Below, piece after piece: positions 37,481 to 51,270 of a stretch of 64,000 nt of DNA (position 1 is the first letter of the stretch; every line of letters starts with the position of its first letter). The DNA is from Eutreptiella sp. 'Long Island Sound 2002' (taxonomy: Eukaryota > Protista > Euglenida). The stretch lies in the NCBI GenBank assembly GCA_964036045.1, contig OZ038378.1, positions 141,360,001 through 141,424,000 on the forward strand. The letters run 5' to 3'. The notes under the pieces are model-generated. The model did not search any database. It was given only the letters and a program-made list of their open reading frames with translations, and was not told the origin of the DNA. The position numbers and the translations under genes were made by a program.

Positions 37481-39336
37481 AGATGGAGGGGAGGGATGAC
37501 AACGTTTCTAATTCCGGCTCAATGGTGAAGCCGGGCCACCCACCGCCATGTCACCGTGCCCGTGACCACATCGCTCTAGCGCCTAGCATCACGGCCTGAC
37601 GGGTAGCCTACTGGGGAGTGCCAAAGAATAGTTAGAGTCTTCCTAGGCACAGGCAACGTGGCTGCCCCCCTTTTCGAGCCGATTCGTGCTGGAGAGACTC
37701 CACCATGCCACCACACCACATCAAGGTGCCAGGCCCCAAGGGTTGCGGGGGTTGGACTCGAGTGCCGGGTCCTGTAGACCCAAACAGCGGCGGATGCACC
37801 CAGGTCTCACCGGTCTTGGACAAGCCATGAGGGGATAGGGACGCCAAAGGGGCCATGGGCCAGGGTCTTAGTGCCACATTCTGTGGCGCCGTGCCTGCCT
37901 CAGTGGGCTTGGCACTCGGGTCCTGGAGCCCGTAGACCTCCATAGCAGTGGATGCACGAGTTCCACCGGCCTTGAACAAGCCTTGGGGGGGTAGGGACGC
38001 CCCGGGGGTCAAGGTCCAAGGGTTTGGTGTTGGTTTTTGCCCCCTCCACCACCTAGGGGGACCCTGATGGCCACCTTTTGGTACAGTGGCCGGGGTGGAG
38101 AAATGGTGGCCCCCCTCCCAATGCGGGGGCTCCCCGATAGCCACTTGCTGGTACGGTCGCTGGATTGGGTTCATGGTGGGGCGGCCCCCTTCCCATGCAA
38201 GGGAGGAGGCCGCTGCTTTTTGTGCGCAGTACCACCACCTAGCCGGTTGCAGGGCGGGCACACAGGCAGCGCAGCCACCAATTGCAGGCGGTGCAGCCTC
38301 AACCACCGGGCGAGTCCATGCCCATAGGCAGTGCGGCAGTGTAGCCTGGTGCAGTTGAGATATTGCCCCACACCCAGGGTGCAGACTGTAGACCGCGGCG
38401 GCCCCTTTTTTGATGGTATAGTGGCTGAGGCTTGGGGACCCACCTATTGGCCGGTACTTTACGGGGTTTACAGGCGTTTCGGCCCCCGGCCCCCATGTTG
38501 TGTAAATGGGTGTAAAATTTTCCCCAAACGGGCCGTAAGTTCCCAAGAAAAATGGCGTAAACTCCCAAATGGTGTAAATTAAGAGAACGGACGGTGTCAC
38601 TCAACCGTTCAAGCAACCTCAAAAACTCAAAATAGCGGAACTCAATGTTTTGAAGGTTGGTTGCTTCGTCGTTGTGACCCGTAGTGGCGTTTTCCCACCG
38701 CTTCAATGATTGGTTTGGTGTTTGGATTAGAAAAGAATGTGTGTGGATACATACTTCTTTATACCGACAGCCAGGCTTTTTTTTGCTGGGGTTGCCCAGG
38801 GACTGCCAGAGGGTTGGGGGGGGGGGGGGTATGGGGGGGGGGATTGCACCATGGACCTGGGCTTCGGTTAAAATTGTGTCCCGTCCATCAAAAACACTAC
38901 TAATTGGGCAATTGATTTTTTGGTGCCTTCCAAAAAAAGGGAAAGGGCACTGGGAGCATGTAGTCGTCACTCCGCAAAACCGACCGCGGCAACTCCCACA
39001 GCACGATAGGCTCTGCACTTGAACGTACGAGGCGACCGATGGGGTGTGCGCTGTGGTTGGCGCCGGCTTGGGGGGTGGTTTGGCGGTTGCGCCTCCAGTG
39101 GGGGCTTCAAATGAGAACTCGAAACCATTGCGCGCTTTCGAAATCTTAGCCGCACGCTCAATCTGCACTTGCTGCAGAGTTGAGGGGGAACCTTCGGACT
39201 TGATGTAGCGGAGTGCGGCTGCCGGAGTAGCAAATTCTTCCCACACGGCATCTCCGCCTTGCTTCCCCACCCACATTACACGACAAAGCTAGCACAAGAA
39301 AGGGGAATAGAAGTGGGTGAACATAAGGACAGCAAG

Positions 39337-39757
39337 GGAAGAAAGAATGCCCCTAAATGCCTTCTTCTCAAGCCGGGGAAAAGCTCGAGGCAGGGTTCTT
39401 CACTCGTCTTGCCGGATTCGGCCTAATGTTCTCTGAAATAGGAAATGGGCATCAAAAAAGTTTGCATTCAACAATGGACACAAATCTAATTCACAAATAT
39501 TTGTAAGTGCAGGGAATGGCACGCAAAGCATGTGAAGGCAAAGAAAGAAAGAATGCCCCTGAATGCCACCTTCTCGAGCTGGGGAAAAGCTCGAGACAGG
39601 GATCTTCACTCGTCTTGCCGGATTCGGCGAATTGGCTATATAGCCCTTGCAAACTCTAGCACGGGAAAGGGGCATTTGCAGAATTTACATTCCAAAATGG
39701 ATACAAATCTAGCTCACAAATATTTGCAAGTGCAGGCAATAGCAAGCAAATCATGTA
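39337..39757. repeat. Two-copy tandem duplication (about 205-220 bp)
   Basis: aagaaagaatgcccct...cttcactcgtcttgccggattcggc at about 39340 and 39545; caaatcta-tcacaaatatttg-aagtgcagg at about 39481 and 39704. Confidence 0.85.
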
Positions 39758-42700
39758 AAACCCCAAATTTACACCAAATTTATAAAAATGTACGGGAATT
39801 TATGCCACTTTTCAAATTTACGTAATTTACAGCGCAAATTGCTCCCCCCCCCGCCCACCCATTTGCTACCGGCTTGGGCGGGCGGGGTTCGGTTGATTGG
39901 CGCAGACCGCGGCCGCAGGGGCGCCTTTGGCAGTCAAGGCTATGGTAGGCCCTGCCAATGCGGCAGGCCGTGATAGCTGCCTGTTGGTATGGCGGCCGGG
40001 GTGGGTTAATGGCCGGGCGGCCCCCTTCCCAAACTACCGGGGGGGGGGGGGGGGTCGCTGTCCCACGTGTTGCATGATGCAACGGGCCCCATGCACCCCA
40101 ACCGCCACCTGTTGGTATGACGTCCGGGGCACGATAACCGGCCCATAGCCGCCGGCCCCTTCCGTCCACGGATAGCTCTGCAGCGCTAGGGCAGCCCGAG
40201 TCCCCCCGTCACCCGACGGGTGGGGATAGGTGTGGCCAACAGGGGTCATTGCGTGGGCGCAAAGGGGCCAAAGGCGACCCTCACACCCCTTGCCGGCGGC
40301 CCCGAGGCAGGGCTGACTGTGGTGGGGCAGGTCGAACTCCACTCGGGGTGGTGAGGGAGAGGGGACCAGGCTCCCCCTGCCAGACTGGACGGAGTCAGCC
40401 CCAAGAGGAGTGGGCCATCATCCAGCGGATTGAACCATGTGTCGGCGTCGCCGAGTGTGGGTGTCTGTGTTGGGTAGGTGCCTGTGCTCCGCGTACGGGC
40501 CCTGTATCCGGGGACATGGAGGCTGTGGGGGGGGGGGGGGGACCAGGCAACGGACAAGGCCCCGTGACCCGCCGGCCAAACGCCGCCCTTCGGTAGTACC
40601 TGATGGGCTAAGGGCGGACCTCTGTGTGACTGTGTCCCCGCTCCCTGGGGGGGGGGGGGGGGGGTTGGCAACTGGTCTGGAAGTGGAGCCAGATTCCCTG
40701 CCTCGTCCCCCCTCCAAGGCTGCCTGAGTGGTACCCACAACACATCGTCGGTGTGTTGCCTGGGTCGGCAGTCGGTGGGGAGGAGGCGAAGAGGAGAGCC
40801 GCAGCCATGATGCTGAGCCGGGTAGGCCCGCGGTCAGGGTCAGCCCACCGACGACCGCTTCTCCTAGTTGGTGGGGGATGGGGTTGGTGAACGGGTGATC
40901 CCTACAGGAGGTCACATCTCCTCCTCCTCCTCCTCCTCCTCTGTACATCATCTGCAGGGTGCATGCATCAGACTTACGTGCATCGGAAATAATCCCACCA
41001 ATCAGTCTGCACATATCTCATTTTGTGTGCACCACAGACCATCCGTCGCTGCTGTGCACGTATCACCAGTTGTGGGCATCCCGAAAACGATCCTAGTAGC
41101 CGCTGTGCACGTATCAGACCCTGTGTGCATCGTAAATGACCCCATTTGCCAGTGAGTGCATATTAGGATTCCTGTGCATCACAAATCATCTCCTTTGCAA
41201 CCAACAAGAAGGAGCACCAAGAAATCCGCTTGGTGGTGGTGTCTGTCTCGGCAGAATGGCCCTTCTAGCGACGGTGTTCTGTTTTGGTATGAAGCTATTC
41301 AGAGCTCCTTTTGCAGTAGGTGACAGGAAAGGGGTGCTGTCGTCGGGGATGGGACACACCTGTTGGTAGGTGGTCAGTTTTGCAGGGACTTGCGGAAGTG
41401 CAGAGCCGGCGGCAGCCCTGAGCATGGCCCTTGTGCGAGGCTTTTTGTGCTTCGACGACGGTGATTTAGCCTGCACAAACACCACATGGTACTAGGAATG
41501 GCACACCGCCGGCGCACAAAGGGATGCTGCAGAGGGGCATGAAGGGGCGATGCAGAGGGGCACCAAATGTTCATGCAAAGGGGAATGGGGGGGAGGGGGG
41601 CACACAGAATGGGTAATTTGCCATCAAAGGCATCGCATTGGCAAAAGGTCTAGTGCAGGGTAGTGCACAATTTTGATAGAGGCAGGAGGGAGGGGGCAAG
41701 GGAGGGAGGAATGGAGGGATGAGGGATGGCTGGAGGGAAGGAGGTAGGAATGCAGGGATGGCTGGAGGGAGGGAGAGAGCGTGGGAGGTAGCGAGGGAGG
41801 GAGTGGAGCAGTGAATTAGTGGATTCGTGGATGGGGAGCCAATTAGTGGGTTGCTACAACCTAGTTATTCATCCCCTTCCCCAACTCCACCAGTGGTGGT
41901 TGCACAACACAATCCATAGGGTAGTCCTTGCCTTACTGGCACACTGTGAGCCACTTTTAAGACATTACTGTCTAAGAAAGCCTCCAATTGGCCCCCTTCC
42001 AAACAACCCAACCACACAAGCGTCTGAGGGACCCGCTTGTGTCTTGCTGTTCCCAACCTTCCCAAGGCCCAAAGAGCATGCAACATGACTAACGCAAGAA
42101 GCAGTTTGTGCATCACACTACCTTAAATGTAGCTAAAAATCTCAAATGTCTGCAAACGCCTTGAAGAATAGCTACCGATTATTTGACTACTCTGACCTTG
42201 GCACACGTGTGTGTATCAATACAATCAAAACCATATGATATCTCACACTTATTGCCAAAGGACAATTTCTCAACATTAGCCTTATTGTGACAGGTGGGTT
42301 TTGGTAATTTGGGGTTGTAAGAGAACTATTCCTAGCCTGCAGCACACCTGCTGCGCAATTGCCATGCGCAAAATAGTACCTTGATATGGCTTTCTTCTTC
42401 TTAATCTTGGAATGCATCTATGCAATTAGAAGGCCCCAAGCTCATTATTGTGGTGATACATCTTTGGGGTGCTCTGTGGGGCTTCTATTTTCGTGGTTCC
42501 AGTGCATTTGTTTGATGTGTCCGCATACTTTCATATCAATGGCCAGTTCTGACTTGCGGGCAAGTACAAGAATGGTGGGAGCTTTGGCCTTCTCTAGCTG
42601 GTGGCAGCATAGACTCGGGTTGCACAGCAATGAAGGAGAGAGGACACCAAGCCATGGCACCAGCTCAGACCAGTTATGGTGTACAGGGGGTGGGGGTCAC

Positions 42701-43848
42701 ATTACGGATGTGGTGCTCAGCAGTGGCATGGGGGTGGTTGAAGTAATGCAAAGGTGGTCCCACCAACTTTCTTTGTGACTTTTGTGCCTAAGACGGCACA
42801 TGCAAATGGTCAGGCTTGAGGCTGCAGGCATGAAAGCAAGCACTATAGCCATATCGTAATTGGTAGGGCATGACACAAGACCATCAAACAAACACACGGT
42901 ATCAACACTGCCTTTCAGTTTCCCCGGCCCCTAGGCTAACATGATTCCAGGTAGGGAAGAACAAGTTTTGGGGGAAGGGATCAACCTCAAAGCCCAAAGG
43001 GTGGGAATCTCCTTCAGTAACCACAGCCAGAGGCTGTGGACCACGCTTTTTTTGCAGTACGTTTGGGTGCACGCGGAGGACTGTATGTCAATGTGCACTA
43101 GGGGGTCCAAAGACTTTGCCAAACCCACAAACTCAATGACGACGTGACAATCTTGCATTTTGTACCGCGGGGTGTCATTCACCAATAGCCGATACTCTTC
43201 TTCAAAATCCACATTGGAGCCCATCCCGTGTCTCCACACTACTATTGGGACTTGGGAGATAGAGGTATTGTGCCTCTGTTGGACCTAGTTGCTGAGTAGC
43301 GTGAGTGGCAGTCTTCACAAACAGCACTATTTCCTCCCCCCACAACTTCTTGGAGAGGCTTACGTAGCTCGTCTACCACAATAGCCACCTTTACTTGGCA
43401 ACCGCATGCCGCTCCATGGATGCCACAACGCAAAAAAGAGGCAAAAAGATATGTGTGAAATAGAGAATACATACAAGAATTCTAGGGCGAAAAAATGAAA
43501 GCAAATGGAAGGTTGTCCCTATATTTTTTGTCCATTGTATTTGTTACCTCAATGGTACAGGGCTGTTGGTTAAACTGTGTACCATACTCGGTAGTGGAGC
43601 GAGGACACATGTCCTTGAGGCGCAGCATAGAAGGTAAAAAAATGGATGGAAAATGCTACTCATATTGCTTAGGATTTTTCGGAATGCCATCCATGTATGC
43701 CCACCAAATCCGACTCATGTCGCAGGGTGGATTTCAAAAATTGCAAGCAACATAGCATGAAAATTTTCTTCCTAGCGCCCCTAGGCATCTTGGCCGGAAA
43801 ATCCCCGGGACATTGCTACTCATAGTGGTTGCGTTTTTTGAGCCCGTT

Positions 43849-44070
43849 TCTTTCATGAAATGGACACACAAGCCATGAGATCTGACCCCTCAAAGTCACG
43901 TCCACTATCCGCCCTTTTTCTCCATGCCACGGTTTCACTATTGACCAACTCAAATTGCATGATGTTGCCCCAACCTCTGGCTCTTCATAGCACCCTTTCT
44001 TTCATGAAATGGACACATAGGCCACGAGATTTGAGCCCTCAAAGTATGGTCGACTATCCGCCCTTTTTCT
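43849..44070. repeat. About 73-bp direct repeat, 148 bp apart
   Basis: tttctttcatgaaatggacaca...actatccgccctttttct occurs at 43849 and 43997. Confidence 0.85.
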
Positions 44071-45826
44071 GTGTTGAAACGGACCAATTCCTTCCCACGA
44101 CTTCCAAATCACGCCAAGTGAGCTGCTGGTGACATATTCTCGCAACATTGAGTCAGTTCAGTCATGGTGTGATCGAGAGACACTTCCCTCGGGCTCATTC
44201 ACTAGAATAACAATCTCTGCAGGGCCTGAGGATGCGCCGTGAAGAAGGGGGAAGGGGTTGTGCCAGGATGTGTGCTGCCAGCCCCTGCCCGAAATATAGT
44301 CCATCACAGTGCGTGTGGAGGTGACCAGGCGCACTGGGACTTGGACCTTGGCAGCCTTGGCACTCCACCCCTCATATGGCCCAGGGGCACTCTAGTTGCG
44401 CTTCCGCTTCCTGCTGCTAGTAGGGGCCTGTGGCCGTGCTTGATGGGAATGGGAAACGGGTTCTGCCTTAGAGTCAAAGCGAGATGCCATAGCGACCACA
44501 CTGTGGAAAACCACCTGGTGGCACAATACAAGGGGCAACATGTTGCCACTCAAAGGAGGATAGGGGGCTGGCCCCTTTCCTGGCATTGGTGCCAAAGCAT
44601 CTGCTGCCGACTGCATCTCATGAAGGACAGTGGGGGTCCAACCAGTGGAACGTAGTTTTACGGCTCTTGGGTTACTAGCCCAACGCCTGGCATCCTCAAA
44701 AATTTCGCAGCATTGCAAGCCGGTCTTGGCAAAGTGTTGTGGGGTGGGGGGGGGGGGGGGGGACTAGGTGGCACACTTGCCCATCAGCCAGAGCACCGTT
44801 GCAATAGCAACATTGGTGCAATTTCTCTGGGAGGCTGCCGCGGGAGCAGTGTGCAACCGCACAGCCATCCCTCCTTTGCCCTGCCCCCCCTTCCCCCCCC
44901 TTGGCACTTCTACCTGAAGGGCCTTGGCCACAGGAGTGCCCAACGACTCAAAAATGTCCACCCCCTATGGACTTATGCCAAAAACAATGGCATGCAAATC
45001 TTGACCCCCCCCTCCCCCAAGAATAGTCAGGTCCCCCACAAGACCAAAGGGTTGGGGGAGGGGTGCCTTCAACAATCCCCTCTTTTTGGCCTCAAGCCAG
45101 AGATGGCGCATGTGCCCTAAAAGGGCCACCCCTGGTGGTTGTTTGCCTCCCTTGGCAGCCTGGCCTCAATCTCCTTGAGGTCGGCCCCCTTCGGCTTCCC
45201 CCCAAACTTCTTCCTAAATTTGTCCTGGGCCATTTAAACTTCTGGGTGAGGAAAGAAAATTGCCCCCTCATTTCCCTCAACCTCTCGGCAAGCTTGTGGT
45301 ATCCCTTAACTATGGCTTGTCGCAACTGGCTACCCACCCCCAATTCCCCACAAACATTCACGCTGCGGTCAAAAACAGCTAGCTCAACAACAGCGTGCAG
45401 GGAGTCTAGGGGGGGGGACCCCGAAGTTGGCAAGGTGCTGAACGTACCAACTGGGGGTTGTTGCCCTCCTGGTTACCCAGATCACACCGGGCCCACCAAA
45501 TCTCGCAGCTGCAGCAAACCAGCTTTGAGATTTGGCGCTACATTGTGCAAGATATAATTGCACAGACACAACTGCATATGCGGCTCCGGCGGCCAGGCAT
45601 GTGAGGGCATAAGGGGACGGGGGGGGGGGGGGTTGCTTGGGCGGCGGTGACGGCCAATCCTGCAGCTGTTGCTCTAATTGTAGGGAGGGGGGTGCCTTAC
45701 GGGTTTGGAATGTGCTTGAAAAGCAGCGGCGGCCACGGCTGTTGCTCTTGCTGCGGCGGCGGCGCCCACTTTTGCGCTGCCATGGGGTCTTCCCATAGCG
45801 GCACACTTGCCGCAGTGGACTGGGAC

Positions 45827-45897
45827 GGCGATGGTGATGGTGATGGTGATGGTGATGGTGATGCTCCTGCTGCTGCTGCTACTGCTGCTGCTACAGC
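45827..45897. repeat. (GATGGT)n followed by (GCT)n microsatellite
   Basis: Directly visible in the sequence. Confidence 0.9.
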
Positions 45898-47426
45898 TAC
45901 CTTGGGGGGGCGGGTGGCCCACACGGCCAGTGCGCACAAGCAAGATCTGTGCTTGGGATTGCTTGGCGAGGAACAAGGAAATTGAGGACATGCTGGACAT
46001 ATTGAGCGAATTAAAAGCAGAATAAAATCGTGCTGCAACTTGAAGTGCATCCTCTGTGAACCGCCCGGAAACACACACGACCACACACATCATTTCTCCG
46101 CATCGGCCTGCTCACAGCCCTTGGGGGCACCTATGGCCTACAGCCCGGAATCCATCATAGTTATATGGGCCCGTTTTGGGGACCTTTTTGAAGGCTTCGG
46201 GGCAGGGGCCAAAAGAAACTCAATACCCCGCAAAGGACCATGGGTTTGGTAAGTGGTCTGGCAATCGGTTCGAAAAACATCCCCTTCTAGTGGCAAAATG
46301 GTCTTTTGCCAGGTGCCAGAGGTGGCCTCGTCCCAAACCCTCCAACTTGCTTCCTCCCGCATAACTTCAGTGTCGTGGGTTGCTGCAAGAGTAGCCCGGA
46401 TGGCACTGTGGATTGTTGTCTAGGGTGGCTCACGGAAGGCATCATTTATAACGACGCGCAGAACTTCAAAGGGGACATGGGTGTAAAATAGGGGGGGGGG
46501 GCTGGAAGCTTGCGGTTACAACTTTTTTGGAACGTTTTTGATGCCCACCTCCTGAAACCATGTCTAAACGCCTGCCTTTGTCCACTTTTAGGTCCCTTAT
46601 CAAGATGTCAAGGTGCGTGGACAAAATGGATGTCAAAAACAGAAAATGCGATCGCAGTTGTTCATGTGAGTCATTAGCGAATGTGCGGTCAGTATCATAT
46701 TGTAAATCTGGGCCAGTGATGCATAAATTCTTGTATTGAACCCCATACGAGGTTTCATGCTAGCTGGGCATGGTTTTGCCTACAGCCTGGCATGTGGTCA
46801 CCAGAGGAATTCTACTCTTGGGGGGTTGAGTGAACTTTCTATGCATTAATGTGGCCAATGGCGTGTCCTTGCCATAATAGCATATATTTTTGGTGCCACC
46901 TTATCCAAAAAACCGGGCAACAGGCGGGGTTCAATTGTATCTGATGGGTTGTGGTGCAGGCGCAGTGCATCCACAGCATGTTGGAGCTTAGACTGGATCA
47001 CTGGGTTCCGGAAGCTCAACATTTGCTGAATGAGAATCTATGAGGTCCCCCTCAAAGGTAAGATCTGAGGCGGAGGCGGAGGGGGAGGGGGGAGGGGGGG
47101 CGCGGAGGATGCAGTTCCCTGGCTACCCCTTGACATTTTCCAATCTGTTGAAAGGGGAAAGGCGGTGGCACAAAGGACATCCGACTTGGGGGTGCAAAGT
47201 TGTGGTGGGGTGTAAAAAGGGCAAGCCGACATGGGAAAAAAAGCTTTCTTTGTTTTGTGGCTACGTGAACACACACTTCTACTCCTACGGCAGTCACAAA
47301 ACCGGGGAAGTGGCCGGTGCTAGGGGCGGCGATCACGAAAGGATCTCTGCCAATCGAGACTAGGCAGACAGGCACACAACAGTCCTATAGAGTGGAAATG
47401 TAGGGCGCAGCAATAGGCTTTGTGTT

Positions 47427-47670
47427 CACCAAGCTGGTGGAACCGGTGTTTCTTTTATAACTCTCGTTAGTGTCTAGGATGGACCGAACAGGTTTGGCAA
47501 GCAAGCAGCAAGCAAGCACGCGCGAAATGGGGGAAAAGCACATGTCCGTCGTGGCGCTTCGGATTCGGCCAAAATTTTGGTGGATGCTACCTGTGGGTGT
47601 GAGGGACAACCCCACAAAGTATGATCTAGAAACTCCACGGTGGCGGCCGGGAACGGGCGTCGCAAGTATG
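47427..47670 (+). mobile_element. Diverged 5' portion of the asymmetric-TIR family
   Basis: caccaagctggtggaacc...gcaagcaagc...cgcgcgaaatgggg...gggaacggg aligns with 3495-3750 and is preceded by gtgtt. No matching 3' end was found. Confidence 0.8.
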
Positions 47671-49589
47671 CCCTGTTTTACTGAAACGCGTGGCATCCAA
47701 ATTTGATGGTTTTCAATGGGCGGAAATTTGTATGGACTAAAAGTGTTTGTCCCGGAGCATTTTGTAGACACATACATATACATAATGACGCGCAAAACTT
47801 CAAAGGGGACATGGGTGTAAGATAGGGGGGGGGGGGCTGGACGCTTGCGGTTAGAACTTTTTTGGAACGTTTTTGGAAGTGTTTGTCCCGGAGCATTTTG
47901 TAGACACATACTACCACCAGTTCATGCCACAAGTTGGATACAAACATTTAGTAAGACATCTGACATGCTGCATACTCTCCATCTTCTCCACAAGCCCCCT
48001 GTTTGATGAGCAGTGAAGGAACCGAATCCTGCAGAACAACGCATGTGGCAAAGGGACAAGGGAAACACAAGAATGGGCACACGTGCCGGTGCATTTGGAG
48101 AATACCATATCAAAAATGCAATGAATTGTTGTGAATACCAACACCTGTTCTGATACATACCGGCATGCCACATCACAAAACGCAACTCAGCATTGATAAC
48201 AGAGAACAACCCCCAAGGATCCATTGGCATCACATTGTGCTTCCCATTCAAATGGTAACTTCCTCCACGTCATCGTCGCTCTCATTCCCATCAGCTTCTC
48301 GGGGCTCGCTTTTTGTAGGGTCACTCTTTGCTTCCTCTAGTTGATCCGGGTCTTGAGGGCAGGAATCCAGTCACTGAGCAATTCACTGTGTCACCGGCAA
48401 TCGAATCAGCCGGCTCTACTACAAGAGCAATTGGGCTTGCCATTGGAAAAAAGTGTTAAATGTCAGAAAATGAGGGCTAGAAGTACGAAAAAGGGACCCA
48501 AACACCAACAACAATCATTTGCAAATGCCGCAAAGCACAAGCAATCCCATTCCACAGGGCTGCAGAATGATGAAACTGGTAGTAGCAACATCGGCTAACA
48601 TGCACCCACTTCCAAAAAAAGCAGCAGAAAAAAAGCAGAAACAAAAAGGAAAATCTCTAGATCCCAAAACCAAAAAAAATTCCCCAGCAGAAATGATGTT
48701 GCAGACCTGCCACATGCAGATTTTTTGATGTTAATCTGGAATGGCATGGCGGTTTCTCTCTCTGGCGGTTGGCTATTAACAATTCGGTGTAAAAAAATTG
48801 ATCACCTGCGGAACATGGGGTCTTCCAAGCAATTGAGAGACAGCATGTTGAAAAGGTGAGGATGATGCTCGTCAAAAAACAGCACAGCCCAGGCTTTGCT
48901 ACCACACCACAATTTTTTTTTCAACAGACACGACTAAATTGTGGAAATTATGGGGTTGTGGCAGTGACCATACATGGCCTTGTCGATGGCACCTTATGTT
49001 AGACGTCCGACACGTGCCGCGTCACACACATGTCAGACTTCTGACATAGCTGTGACTTTTTCATCACTCAATCTGTGTCTGTAAACGCTGGTTCCGAGTG
49101 GACAACATATATCCAACAATTGTGTGGAATTGAAAAACCCTACAGTTGTGCGCAACACCTCATCGAAGATGACTTGGACAATGGCCTGGCTCGTGCATTT
49201 GTGCAGCACCTCCTTGAGGTCCGCTGCAACGGGGGCAGCCGCAAAAAGTGGGTTCACTTGCAGCAGTCATTGTGTACAAATGATAGGTCCAACCACTGGA
49301 TTGGGCCCTTCCAAAGTTGCCTGTGGACCTTGTACACCGCAGACCGGAAACAGGCACTGCCGTAGGGTGTGAGGCCTGAAGCCCCGAAGGCACCCCCCGA
49401 AAGAGGAGCCATTGCATTCGCAAAAAAAAAATTGACATGGAACCCTGTATGGGCAAAGTGCAGACGCCAATGGCATTGCCTAACATTACGTCGCATTAGA
49501 AAGAGGAGAGTGGCGTATTTAGTGATGAGTGTCTGCAAAGCCCACGAGCGGCAGAGGATGCGCTCATAGGCAGCCACTGACTTGCCAAC

Positions 49590-49640
49590 CTGCCACGCCC
49601 CCTGCAATGGAGCGCCGCAGGATGTTGCTGAGACGCACGG
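49590..49640 (-). CDS. Possible 51-bp internal exon (xVRLSNILRRSIAGGVA)
   Basis: Pyrimidine-rich ttccttgcag acceptor, GT donor, phase 1-1, GC-rich codons. Linkage to the host gene is not established. Confidence 0.3.
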
Positions 49641-49899
49641 CTGCAAGGAAGACGGCAAGGACCATGCTTTCCATGAGGATGAGATCAGGTGCACGGTGGA
49701 CACTAACTGTATAGGGGTCCTAGGAAGCCAATAAACTCAAGGGCGGTCCAAAGTGGTTGGTGTACATTGTACACCCTGTGAACAAACATTTTGTACCCGT
49801 GCCACACTCCAAATAACAAAGGGTGTTTGGCCATACCCTGCCGAAATTCTATTGCCTTCGGCAAGTCCACCTCACAGAGAATCTACCGCGAGCAACACA

Positions 49900-51175
49900 C
49901 ACCCGAAATAGGGTGGAAACTACATAAATACCGGCTAAAACATGCTTTACATACCTTGGATGATCATTTTAGGTGATCACGGTATCAAAAAAACAAGTTC
50001 GAAAACTTCCATTTTTGAGCTGCCCAGGGTGACAAACTGCATCAGCAGGTTGTGTACCAATCCCTTGGGAGACCCCCCCGCCCTTGGACCTAATACCCAA
50101 ATCGGGTGAAAAACACGTAAATACGGCCTAAAACATGCTTTACATACCTTGGATGGTCATTTTGGGTGATCACAATATCACAAAAACAAGTTTCAAAAAC
50201 TTCCATCTTTGAGCTGTCCGGGTTGAAAAGCTGCATAAGCAGGTTGTGCACCCGTCCCTTGGGAGCCCCCCCCCCCCCCCCCCCCGACCTGATACCCAAA
50301 TAGGGCGAAAAACACGTAAATACGGCCTAAAACATGCTTTACATACCTTGGATGGTCATTTTGGGTGGTCACAATATCAAAAAAATATGTTTCGAAAACT
50401 TCCATTTTTGAGCTGTCCGGGGTGAAAAGCTGCTAAGCAGGTTGTGCACCCGTCCCTTGGGAGACCCCCCCCCCCCGACCTAACACCCAAAAAGGGTGAA
50501 AAACACGTAAATACGGCCTAAAACATGCTTTCCATAGCTTGGATGGTCATTTTAGGTGGTCACAATATCAAAAAAATAAGTTTCGAAAACTTCGATTTTT
50601 TGAGCTGTCCGGGTTGAAAAACTGCATAAGCAGGTTGTGCACCCGTCCCTTGGGAGACACCCCCCCCCCCCGGACCCAACACCCAAATAGGGTGAAAAAC
50701 ACGTAAATACGGCCTAAAATATGGTTTGCATAGCTTGAAATGTCATTTTGGGTGGTCACAATATCAAAAAAAAAAAATTTCAAAAACTTCGATTTTTGAG
50801 CTGTCCGGGTTGAAAAGCTGCATAAGCAGGTTGTGCACCCGTCCCTTGGGAGACCCCCCCCCCCCGGACCTAACACCCAAATAGGGTGAAAAACACGCAA
50901 ATACGGCCTAAAACATGCTTTGCATAGCTTGGATGGTCATTTTAAGTGGTCACAACATCAAAAAAACAAGTTTCGAAAACTTCCATTTTTGAGCTGCCCA
51001 TAGTGAAAAAGTGCATAAGCAGGTTGTGTACCAATCCCTTGGAAGCCCCCCCCCCCCCCCGGACCTAATACCCAAATCGGGTGAAAAACACGTAAATACG
51101 GCCTAAAAACATGCTTTACATACCTTGGATGGGCTTGGATGAGCTGTCCGGGGTGAAAAACTGCATAAGCAGGTT
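49900..51175. repeat. Tandem array of about 190-200 bp units, about 7 copies
   Basis: aaa(t/a)agggtgaaaaacacgtaaatacggcctaaaacatgc recurs near 49905, 50098, 50297, 50487, 50685, 50879 and 51074. Unit length varies with a C run. Confidence 0.93.
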
Positions 51176-51270
51176 GTGTCCCGGCCCATTCACTAAGCCA
51201 TTATTGTTGGAAACAGTCATTTCGCGTCTTTGGCACGGGTTGTGAACGGCCCTAAGCAAAGCTAGAGACT

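Larger units (their letters stand above)
42000..46090 (-). pseudogene. Probable highly decayed DIRS-like (tyrosine recombinase) retroelement
   Basis: Order on the minus strand: gag-like frames (45092-45433, 45674-46093); RT-like YRDNLPFAFIFSP (about 43500) then IVVDEL; RNase H-like CHVVIE...LWLWLLKEIPTLWALRLIPS (42931-43239); YR-like LARKSEL (about 42555) and HLR...LGR (about 42060-42125). All are degenerate. Confidence 0.4.
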
